A stretch of 64,000 nt of DNA from positions 186,001 through 250,000 of the forward strand of contig OZ024744.1 in NCBI GenBank assembly GCA_964016885.1. The letters run 5' to 3'. The notes under the pieces were generated by a model, which saw only the letters and a program-made list of their open reading frames with translations, was not told where the DNA came from and made no database searches. A program made the translations under genes and the position numbers. The stretch is from Eledone cirrhosa (taxonomy: Eukaryota). This document shows positions 28,686-39,639 of this stretch, piece by piece; position 1 is the stretch's first letter, and each line of letters opens with the position of its first letter.

Positions 28686-29284
28686 CGGAAAAAATATGGG
28701 ATAAAACAATAGGAAAGCTAGAAGGTTTTTTTTGTAAGAGTTTGTTGTCAATTTGAGGAAATGGTAGAATAAGTTGTCGTCTTTTGAATCAATTCGAACC
28801 ATTTCTTTGGTTTGTTCTGTCAATGTCATTCTTTCTTACTCCACACATGCAAAACTTCCGAAAGGAGTAAAGTGTGGCCAGTCATGTGTGTGATGTCTGC
28901 TATTATGTCACAAACATTGTACAATTTCCTACTGGTCCGGAAGAACAGATATACTATTTCTCTACAGCAGTCTTACATGGAATATGTAAGGATGAAAATA
29001 ATAAGTAACCCTTTCTTTTACCCTCCTTTGAACGTCCCTAAATATAAAGGTCAATAAAATATTTATCCTGGATCATGATAGGGAGTTTCTAATATAAAGT
29101 TTGTCATCTGGAAAATATATTGAAAATATTAAACCAGTCTTCTGATATGCAAATCTGGCTAATCAGTGTATCTGCTAATATGCAGATCTGACTGATCAGC
29201 CAGTCTGCTATGTATGCAAATCAGGCCGATCAGTCACTGTGTATTTTTGAAAATAGCATATACTTTCACTAGCTCTGACAGTTT

Positions 29285-29360
29285 GGCAGGTGAACAGTGA
29301 GCTGTACTGATGAAGGGTGATACCCAGAAACATTAGTGTCTGCAGTTCTGTTCACATGCC
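29285..29360 (+). ncRNA. Minimal type I hammerhead ribozyme (Penelope-type, short palindromic stem III)
   Basis: GGCAGGUGAACA-GU-GAGCUGUA CUGAUGA A GGGU gau ACCC A GAAA CAUUAGUG UC^UGCAGUUC UGUUCACAUGCC. Stem I is about 19 bp. Core CTGATGA is at 29307-29313, GAAA at 29327-29330, cleavage after 29340. Stem II is closed by an A-A mismatch. Confidence 0.8.
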
Positions 29361-30039
29361 AACACAAGAGCAAGAATGAAGGGTTCATTATACTGACATG
29401 GCTATAAAATTGAGGCTTGTTTGTATAATTGCAATCAGCTTTCAAGTCTGTTGATGTGAATTCGGGTATTGAAACAGATATTGATATAGTTCGGGAGAGC
29501 TATGTTTGCAATGAAATCATATATACTAATTGAATATTCTGCTTGTGACGCTAAACTCCGCCTGTTACAGACTGCGCAGCAACCATTCCATTGCTGTTTG
29601 ATGATAGTTTGTGACAGAGATATACAAACTCCGTAACTTGAGCAATTGCTGGGTTTATTACTAGTTAAGTAACGAACTCCCGACCTCATCAACAGAACCA
29701 CTGAATGCAACTTTCACCTGTGACCTGACAAGTTGTGTGATATGTAGTATCTATGTACTATTCCTTCACCCATCTATTGCCGTTGCTGCTGCTGTGGAAA
29801 ACTGTGAGGTTATGGTCCCCGTGAGTGATGTAGAATGCCCTGAGTGTCAATCAGGGTCCAGTGAATCCTACCTAGACTCATTTGTGACAAAGAATATCTA
29901 CACAATTATTATGTTTTGCAGTCTCTGTTCCACCAGTTTGTGATGTAGCAGACCACCACCCAGTATTCCAATGACAAAAAAGATGGCGCGCGTGGACCTG
30001 AGCCATAAAGACCCCCGAAAACCATGATCAGACAAGGAA

Positions 30040-30330
30040 AATTGTCAGTATAAGAACAATATTGAGGGGCTAACATCGGTCAGCATCACCCGTGATTTAG
30101 ACAATCTCTTTATTATATTGTTGGAAAGGGCACATAAAGAAAGAGTAGCCAATAACTATTTACCCCTAAATATGTACTCCCATTATGTAGACATTATCTG
30201 TATAGTAGTATAGACATGCCGCTAAAGAAATCATCAAGGGACTAGAAATAAACGGTATGGAAATCATTGAGCAAATAAATACCCAACTCCATCCACTAGA
30301 GTATCAAAATACACTGCCCAAACCACAAAC
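30040..30330 (+). mobile_element. Highly decayed Penelope-like reverse transcriptase remnant
   Basis: YKNNIEGL...DNLFIILLE...PLNMYSHYVDIICIV...EQINTQLHP.LEYQNTLP resembles the PLE RT series YxQxxGxxMG / ANLFMxxLE / YxRYVDD / NxxHP / ExxxxLPFLD. Confidence 0.5.
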
Positions 30331-30594
30331 TACCTGTCTTAGACACACAACTCTGTATTCTTCTTCTTTTCGTGTCCAAAAGAGTGCCAGTTATAAAGCT
30401 TGGCTAGATGTATTCTATTCTTATTGTCATTTTGACTTATTTATACTTTCTTAAACGAAAATCCCATTGCTGAATTCTAACAATAGTGAATACTCACTTC
30501 CACCATTATAGGCTTTCTGATGAAGTGTGATAAATAATTAAGTATTGCATATGATTGAACAATATATATTGTAGTCAGCACATGTAGACAATTA

Positions 30595-30987
30595 TCTCTC
30601 TATATAAAACTGATGTTGTCTGTATGTCCTCATTTTTGCAAAGTCTATACAAATCCACATGTCTACTCGGATTGACTTCAAACTTGCATTTATATATTCC
30701 TTGCGGTCTAAAGATACTAACTGCAGCTTTTATTTTTCAATTTTCTGTTGTTAAAGGGGTGTTATCGATCTCCGTCGAGCCCTTATAATATCTGTCTGTA
30801 TGTCTAGCTGTCTGCATAACGACATTCTGACGAACACGTCATTGATACACACACACACACATATACATAAACATATACAGAGTGAAAGGGAGATGTAGAG
30901 AGAGAGAGAGAGAGTGAGATAGGCCGTTATACAGAGAGAGATAGAAGATTTTCAGATAGAGAGAGAGAGAATGATGACGACCGCTGG

Positions 30988-31043
<56 letters not shown>

Positions 31044-31415
31044 AACACATACATGTATAAAGACAGAGAGAGAGCGGGGTGGAGATCTGCGCGTTCTTTA
31101 TTGTTCTCCATTCTGTAGAGGAAGAGAGAGGGGGTATGAGTGAGAGAGAGAGAGCGAGAGAAAGAGAGAGAGAGAGAGAGTATGAGAAAAACGGGAGAGA
31201 AGGTTGAGAAAGAAAGAAAGAGAGTGAGGAACTTTAACTTTTATTTATCTATTCTTTACACACTGTTCAACTCTCCCCTTTCCCCAAACTTACGTCTCTT
31301 TCTCTCTTTCACACAAGAACTACTGTGACTGTGTGTGTTATATATATTTATGTTCGCACACACACACACACACACACAAAAGACGCATCTCTCTCTCTCT
31401 CTCTTTCTCTGCTAG
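30595..31415 (+). mobile_element. Possible non-autonomous Helitron-like element
   Basis: Begins a|TCTCTCTATATAAAA...gttgtctgtatg and may end CTAG|t, with a microsatellite-rich interior. No clear 3' hairpin seen. Confidence 0.3.
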
Positions 31416-31669
31416 TAATAGACACAGATACTTATGTTAAAGCAAATACATTCCTAATCTCCTTCACGCCGACGTTTATATTGTTACATGGTGCAATACT
31501 TGCTTATATTGATATACTTCGTGATCTCTTCTGGAGCTATATACCATATTCCCCTCTTGGATAGTTATGCTATACTATTTAAAGGATACCGTTGAGTCAA
31601 CCTCTCTGGCAAGCAGCTTTCTTGTTTAAGCATTCATTCCTGATATACGTAAACACAAGCTTATCTACC

Positions 31670-32305
31670 TTCACACACACATACACACACTCATACACAC
31701 ACACACATACGTACACGCACGTACACACACATGTACACACACACACGCACGCTCACATACATACACACACACACACACACATGCACACACATGCACACAC
31801 ACACACACACATATACGCACACACACACATGCATGCACACACACACACATACACACACTCATACACACACACCGACGCACAGACACACACACTCATACAC
31901 ACACACATAGACGCACACACACACACTCATACACACACACATAAGCACACACACACATACACACACTCATACACACACACATACCCACATACACATACAC
32001 ATGCATACCCACACCCACACACCCACACACACACACATATTGTTATACTTTGGGAGGGTCATGCTGCCAATAAAAACACACGCATCTGTTTGTTTTCGTT
32101 TCAATGTATTATAAGTTTCCATTGGTTGGTTGGTTCGATAATCGGAATGTTGTTTATATATTGTCAAAGCTCTTTCGTCACACATTCTGTGACCTCCTCA
32201 TTTTTTTATTATTTTTTTATTTTTTTTGTGTCTCTCCTTTGTTCTATCCTACACCATCTTGTTTTTGTATGTTGTGTTGTGTGCTAAGTTTGCGTATGCA
32301 ATACA

Positions 32306-32341
<36 letters not shown>

Positions 32342-32368
32342 GGTGTGTGCGTGTGTGTGTGTGTGTTT

Positions 32369-32400
<32 letters not shown>

Positions 32401-32425
32401 GGGTGCGTGCGTGTGTGTGTGTGTT
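31670..32425. repeat. (CA)n-rich tract followed by (TG)n tract
   Basis: CA-rich 31670-32040, TG-rich 32309-32425. Confidence 0.9.
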
Positions 32426-32559
32426 TATTTATTATTTATGTTTATTTATTTGTCACTAGTTGGTTGTTTGTTCTATCTGTGTGTGTTTGTTGTGTTAGTT
32501 TGGTTTTTGTGTGTGTCTGTATGTCTTCATTTTGTCCTTAATTACTAGTTGTGATGTTA

Positions 32560-33110
32560 CTATTCCACTCATGTTTTCTATTTAATTTTGGGTGGAGTTC
32601 GTTTATATTCGTCGCCTCTGTGATTTGCCTGAGCATTACATCTTTTCTGTGCGTGCATATAATTTTTAATCTCTATGTTCTCTAATGTGCCCCAATGTTC
32701 TATTTTTTGCATGTTGGTGGAGTACTGATGAGTTTTTCCCATCCTGGAGTTCTCGCCAGTATTCACTTGTTCCTATGCTACGGAGTGTTTCACCTATGTA
32801 TGTTATATTCTTATTCCTACACTGTCCGTCAGTAGATCTTATGCTATATACTACGTTCCTAATTGTTGCAGTTAGTTTGCGGGCTTAGCTTGCAGACTTT
32901 GCATTTCCTATCAGCACAGGGGATTCTTTGAAATGGGTGTGTTTTACTAATTAGGGTTTTTATGGGAATACCTGGTCTTTCAACTACCTTAATATTTGAT
33001 TTGAGCTTATCTAGGGCCCTTCTAAATCTGTAAGCCAGCTCGCCTCTAGGGATTGTATTGACGAACATTACTTATTCCTAATCCTTTCTATTCTGTTCCA
33101 AAATTGCTCC
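32560..33110 (-). mobile_element. Penelope-like element linker plus GIY-YIG endonuclease remnant (second family)
   Basis: FVNTIPRGELA...IKVVERPGIPIKTLI...PCADRKCKVC...NC, then after a frameshift RNVVYSI...C...YIGETLRSIG...SVLHQH. Confidence 0.85.
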
Positions 33111-33314
33111 TATACATGGGACAAGTTCCATATATATATATATATATATTAATAAAAACGATGAAGATTCGTGGCATGTAATTGGATTTTGTATTGTGTA
33201 TCAACCTGCTACGCGCGTTTCGTAGCGGTTTGGCTCAGGGTAACGCATAGAAGTTATGGATCCGACTCCATTATCGATCTGCTCTTCTTACTGGCGATCC
33301 GACAAAAAATATCG

Positions 33315-33346
<32 letters not shown>

Positions 33347-33989
33347 GAAAGAGGGAGAAAAAGTAAGGGAGAGATTATATTATTTATTCAAGTGTGAGCT
33401 ACATGAGCTCTGATATAGAGTTACTGTCCTTGAGTTCAAACTGCATCCCCTTCTTTTTTCACTATGTGGGACGTTTCCCTCACCACATCACATTGAATGA
33501 TGTTATTTAAAGAGTGACAATTTTGCTGTCTTTTAGGCATAACTGGAGCTTATTGGTCTTAACCACGGTGATACTTAGTGTCGCGGGGGTTTAACTCCTT
33601 TTCTCATTCAACGAGGGAAAATGATTCCATGTTTTGTGACATACTCCAGCGCTAAAATTGTCACTTCAGACAATGATCAAAATAGAGCCACTCACAAGGC
33701 AGCAGAGGAACAGAAGATGGATAAATTAACAAGATGTTTTTTTACAATCTCTCCTCGCTTCTGCGACTAGCATTTCCCTCCGTTGAGAGGAAGGGTATCA
33801 TGCCTGAGAAATAAGTCCGGAGAGATATATTGGCTTATACAGCTAATATTGCTAGTCTTCTGTTCTGTGGGGCGGCGTAAAACAGACAAGTTGTTTAGAA
33901 GTTGTGTACTTATATTTTGGAGAAATAAAATGATATCTTAGTGTGTTATTTACAATTTAACAAACTGGGTTTATTATAACGTACTTTAA

Positions 33990-34190
33990 GGGCGTGGATT
34001 GGCTGTTTGGTAGAGTGCCGGACAGCATGCTTTGTGGCATATAGTTACAGCATTTTACGTTCTGAGTTCAAAATTTACCGAGATTAGCTTTGCCTTTAAC
34101 ATGTACGGGGTCGATAAAATAAACTACTACTAATGCACTAGGGTAGATTTAATCGACTTTCCCTTCAAATTGCTGGCATTGTGTAGAAAT
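33990..34190 (+). mobile_element. tRNA-derived SINE, same family as 24980-25159
   Basis: ttggctgtttggtagagtgccgg...cgttctgagttcaaa...gagattagctttgccttt...ggggtcgataaa...aatcgact. Confidence 0.8.
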
Positions 34191-34203
34191 AATTATAACT
34201 TAC

Positions 34204-34429
34204 CAGGCTGCATATCGATTGTGTGCGATTCATTAACATGCGCTGTGGCTGTTGGAAACTCCACAGTCTGAGGTGCAGGATCGATAGATGTTATATTATA
34301 TTGTTCCTGCTTCTTTTGTCGTCGTCGGCGCCGTTTCTCTCGGTAGCAAGGACAGAGGGACTCAGCAAGCCGTCGGGCCCTTTCAGCACATCTTCTGAGA
34401 AAGCCGCGACGCTTTTTTGGCTCCGACAT
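34204..34429 (-). CDS. Putative first coding exon of an uncharacterised gene: Arg/Lys-rich N terminus with LCPC motif
   Basis: ATG at 34429, 226 nt (75 codons + 1): MSEPKKRRGFLRRCAERARRLAESLCPCYREKRRRRRQKKQEQ...IDMQP, then G|gtaagttataatt. It is GC-richer than its flanks and its phase matches exons A and B. Confidence 0.65.
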
Positions 34430-34767
34430 TATGAAAAAAATAGATAAACAAACAAACAGATAAACACAATAACAAACAAACAGATGAGATCAGTTATCAA
34501 ACACTCAATCAATCAAACAAACAATCAGACAAAGTAGATCAATTATCAGCAGTAATAAATTTCTGGATTGTTATACAGAAGAATAATTTGTATAAAATAC
34601 AAAATACACTTGTACACTTTCGAGAAAATATTTCACTAATGGCGGAAAATATTGATATAGTATGAATCTATAGGTATACATACATATATATACATACACA
34701 AATACATACATACACGCATATATACATACACACATACATACGCACCTATATATATACACACACGCAC

Positions 34768-34802
<35 letters not shown>

Positions 34803-35030
34803 CACACAGTCACACACACACACACAGGCATATATATATATATACATATATACATTCGTTCACAAAAAACACAAAAACACACACACACATCTATGCATGT
34901 ATATGTGTGTGTGTGTATGTGATATAAAAGAATGTTAATATCTATTTAACACACAACCATGACGTCATAATAGCAAATCGAGAAATCCGTGAAAATAAAT
35001 TCAAATAATTTAACGTCCTGGATTCGAATT

Positions 35031-37030
35031 ATGGTGGTGGAGGTGGTGGTGGTGGTGGTGGTGGTGGTGGTAATTGTGGTGGAGGTGGTGATTGTGGTGG
35101 TGGTGGTGGAGGTGGTGATTGTGGTGGTGGAGGTGGTGATTGTTGTGGTGGTGGTGGTGATGGTGGTGGTGTTGGAGGTGGTGGTGGCGGTGATGGTGGT
35201 GGTGGAGGTGGTGGTGGTGGTGGTGGAGGTGGTGGTGCTGGTGGTGGTGGTGGTGGTGGTGATTGTGGTGGTGATGGTGGTGGTGGAGGTGATGATTGTG
35301 GTGGTGGTGGTGATGGTCGTGATGGTGGTGGTGTTGGTGGTGGTGGTGATTGTGGTGGTGGTGGAGGTGGTAATTGTGGCGGTGGTGGTGGAGGTGATGA
35401 TTGTGGTGGTGGAGGTGGTGATTGTAGTTGTGGAGATGGTGGTGCTGGTAGTGATGGAGGTTGTGATTGTGGTGGTGGTGGAGGTAATGATTGTGGTGGT
35501 GTAGAGGGAGTGATTGAAGTTGTGTTGGTGGAGGTGGTGATTGTGGTTCTGGAGATGGTGGTGGTGGAGGTGGAGGTGGTGATTGTGGTGGTTGGTGGAG
35601 GTGGTGATGGTTGTGGAGGTGGTGGTGCTGGTAGTGGTGGTGGTAGTGGAGGTGATGATTGTGGTGGTGGTGGTGGTGGAGGTGATGATTGTCGTTATGG
35701 AGGTGGAGGTGATGGTGGTAGTAGTGGTGGTAGTGGTGGTGGTGGTGTTGATTGTGGTGGTGGTGGAGGAGTAGATGGTGGGTGTGGAGGTGGTGATGGT
35801 GGTGATGATGGTGGTGGTGGTGGAGGTGATGATTGTGTTGGTGGTGGAGGTGGTGATTCTGGTTGTGGAGGTGGTGGTGATGATTGTGGTGGAGGTGGTG
35901 GTGGTGGTGATGGAGGTGATGATTGTGATGGTAGGGGATGTGATGATTGTGGTGGTGGAGTTGATGATTGTGGTGGTGGTGGCGGTGATGATTGTGGTTG
36001 TGGTGTAGGTGGTGATTGTGGTGGTGGTGGTGGTGGAGGTGATGATTGCGGTTGTGGTGGAGGTGGTGATTGTGGTGGTGGTGGTGATGGTGATTGTGGT
36101 GGTCGTGGTGGTGGAGGTGGTGATTGTCGTGGTGGTGGAGGTGATGATTCTGGTGGTGGTGATGGTGGTGGTTGTGGAGGTGATGATTGTGGTGGTGGTG
36201 ATGGTGGTGGAGGTGTTAATCGTGGTGGTGGTGGTGATTGAGGTGGTGGTGGTGGTGGAGGTGATGATTGAGGTGGTGGTGGAGGTGGTGATTGTTGTGG
36301 TGGTGGAGGTGGTGATTGTGGTGGTGGTGGTGATGGTGATTGTGGTGGTGGTGGTCCTGGTGGTGGAGGTGATGATTCTGGTGGTGGTGATGGTGGTGGT
36401 GGAGGTGATGATTGTGGTGGTGGTGGTGGTCCTGGTGGTGGAGGTGATGATTGTGGTTGTGGTGGTGATGGTGATTGTGGTGGTGGTGGTCCTGGTGGTG
36501 GAGGTGGTGATTGTCGTGGTGGTGGTGGTGGTGATTGTGGTGGTGGTGGTGGTGGTAGTGGAGATGATGATTGTGGTGTCGGTGTAGGTGATGATTGTGG
36601 TGGTGTTTGAGGTAATAATTGTGGTGGTGGTGATGGTGGTGGTGATGATTGTGTTGGTGGTTGAGGTGATGATTGTGGTGGTGGTGATGGTGGTGGTGGA
36701 GGTGATGATTGTGGTGGTGGTTGAGGTGATGATTGTGGTGGTGGTGGTGGTGGTGGTGGTGGTGGAGGTGATGATTGTGGTGGTGGTGATTCTGGTTGTG
36801 GTGGTGGTGGTGATGTTGTTGTTTGTGATGGTGGTGGTGATAGTGGTTGTCGTGGTAGTAGTAGTAGTGCTGCTAGTGGTGGTTGTCGTGGTGGTAGTGG
36901 TGGTGGTGGTTTTGTGTGGATGTTTTCCTTTGTTAGTGGTAGTGGTGATGGTGGAGGTGGTGATGGTGAGTGTGGTGGTGCTTTGTTAGTTGTGGTGGTG
37001 ATAGTGGAGGTGGTGGTGGTGGTGATGATG
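35031..37030. repeat. 2-kb degenerate (GGT)n trinucleotide tract with recurring ggaggtgatgattgtggt motif
   Basis: Direct inspection. Poly-Val and poly-Gly ORFs are products of the repeat. Confidence 0.92.
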
Positions 37031-37129
37031 CTGGAGAAAAAATCTTATGTAGTTTTATGTAATTTCTTCCAAATTACGTTCACCCCTTCTCTTTCATCTT
37101 GTCTTCCTTCGCCTCCATATCTGGTGTAG

Positions 37130-39634
37130 GTGAGCTCTAAGGCCTCAGTCATACCAACACTTTCCCTTCTACCCACGTGCAGTTGTTCCTAGCACCTAGG
37201 CTGGTGACAACCAGCCACTCACCCCTCATGCCGCTTGGTGTCCCAGTCCCTGGCTCCACGTCCCATCCTCTATCCCCACCAGTCGACATCTGCAACACTT
37301 GCAGCACTACGAACAGACGGAGAGGGGCCGGAACTCTACGGGGTGAGGCTGCTTCCACCACCTCACCTGTGTTGGCTTGAAGCGTCTAGCTTCCAGTGCC
37401 CTCGCACCGTGGAGATGCAGAATCTGTCTCTTCCCCTCGTCTGCCCAGCCACGGACGTCTGGCACTCCACCAGATGAGACAGCGAGCTTGCCTGATGTCC
37501 AAGCCCCACTGGTGAGCATCGCTCGGCTCAGGCGGCTCGGAAGATTCCGCTCAGTATCCCGAGAGCGGCTTGAGTGCCGGTAGCCGATGACCTCACTTCC
37601 TCGACCGAGAGTGCTCTAGACTCCAATAGAGCCAGCGACTGGGAGCGCATCTTCTATTTCGCCCCACTCACCCTCGGCCTCCTCAGCTCTGGCGCTGACC
37701 GATGCGGCCTGTCGACAGCAGCCTTTGTCAAGGCCAGTGTTTCGTCCTTTGGGAAAGCGCCTATTCCAAGTGGGCCAAAGGACGCCACAACCACTGCTCT
37801 TGGGTGTCTCCAATCCTCCACCCCTGAGGCCAGTGTCAAGCGTTTGCGTGAGAGCGTAAACGCTAAACTTATCACGAGTGATGGCTCGGCGGCAGTCAGA
37901 GCGGTTGCCTCAGAGGACACTGTCCTCCAACCCACAGAAGAGGTCCTGGCTGCCCTGCGACTCAAGCACCCTGAGCCACATGCTTACCTCCGACCCATGC
38001 CCCCCTCCCCCCAGTTCCCACTCCTGCCCAGGTAGCAGCAGCGGAGGTGCTGATGGCCTCCGACCAGGCCACCTCAAAGAGTTGCTATCGCCCCTCTCAG
38101 CTGAGGCCGGGCGCCGCTTTCTGAGTGCAATTGTGGCACTCACCAATAGGCTTATCCATGGCGCCCTGAATCCTCACGCCCGAGGCCTCTTTGTTTTGGC
38201 TAGCCTGACCGCTCTCAGGAAGAATGAGGGTGGCATACGCCCCATAGATGTGGGCAATGTCTTCCGGATGCTGGCTGCTAAGGTGGTCTGCAGGCCCATA
38301 ACACCAGTGCAACTGGTTGTCAGCGTGTCCGGTGGCTGTGAAGGGGCTGCACATGTAACCAGGCAGTTCTTCAACAGCCTGCCTCAGCCGAGCCCCCTCC
38401 ATCTAACCGCTGGCGAACTTGTCATATGGAGCCCCGAGTATGCTCCTTGCTGCTGATACAGTCATACCTTCGCCCACTGGGGTCCAACAGGTCTACCCTT
38501 TGGGCCCCCTCCTGTTTGCCCTTGGTATAGACCACATTGCCCGGAGTATCACGACCCATCTCAACGTTTGGTACCTGGATGATGCTACGCTGGGCGGGCC
38601 CGTTGCGACTGTCAGCCATGACCTTCAATCGGTGGTTCCTCCCTGTTTGGAATCGGTCTCCAGGTCAACTCGTCCAAGTCGGAGGTGGTGAATGTCAGCC
38701 ATGATTCTGAGAGCTTTGCAGCCACCCTCTCGGACGTGCGGTCCATACTCCACCAGGTTCAGGTGACCACCAATGAGGATGTCCTCATTCTCGGGTCACC
38801 GATCCACCCACCGACCATCCGCTCCAACCTCAGATTTGGCTCCAACAACTTCACACGTTCACGAGTCGACTGGGCTTGATCGACAGCCACCCAGCTCTCT
38901 TCCAGTTGAGGAACTGCTTCGCCATGCCGCAGCTCCTCTGCACCTATCGCAGCGCTGCATCAAGTCCTCCCACATCATATGGGATGCCATCCAGTGCAGT
39001 CTGACATCAGACAGGCTCACGCGCCAGCTCGACCAACACCGCCTTGCCTGTTTTCGCACGTGGTGCTTGACTCCATGCATCGCCCTCCTTCCCCACAAGC
39101 ACGCAGCTGGATAACGATAACCTCCGCATCGGCGTTTCCTTGAGGCTTGGACTCCGAATCTTCGAGCCACATAAATGTCGCTGTGCATCCACCGTAGACT
39201 CTTTTGGCCTCCATCCGCTTTCCTGTCGCCACAGCGCTGGCCGCCTTCCACGCCATGCTTCCCTCAACGAGGTCATATAGCATGGCTTGGACGATGCAGG
39301 CTACCCCTCCTAGCTCGAGCCGGTGGAGCTGGACCGAGGGCACGACAAAAGGCCAGACAGAATGACCATCTTCCCGTTCCTCGGTGGCAAACCCCTCGTC
39401 TTGAATGCCACCTGCAGCGAGACTTTCTCCAGTCGCAACATGGTGCAGTCTGCGACTAACCCAGGTACAGCTGCACGTGGGGCTGAGGAGGCCAAACTCT
39501 CCAAATACCGGTCGCTCTCCGACAGGTTCGCGGTCGTGCCTTTGGCAGGAGAGACTTCTGGTGTCCTTGGCCCTAGGGCTACTTCCCTATTCACCACCAT
39601 AGGCGCATCTTACTTACCTTCCTCCGGGATTTAA
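37130..39634 (+). mobile_element. Decayed CRE-clade-like non-LTR retrotransposon (RT plus restriction-like endonuclease)
   Basis: GADGLRPGHLK, LRKNEGGIRPIDVGNVFR, GVQQVYPLGPLLFALGI, WYLDD, then CRC...HPLSC...RH and KRPDRMT...NATC. Multiple stops, frameshifts and deletions. Confidence 0.85.
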
Positions 39635-39639
39635 AGCTG

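Noticed and set aside
30492-30600. Possible extra minus-strand exon ending at gtgagt
   Set aside because: No convincing acceptor or coding character.
34989-36989. Poly-Val and Gly/Asp/Cys-rich ORFs
   Set aside because: By-products of the (GGT)n tract; no start or splice context.
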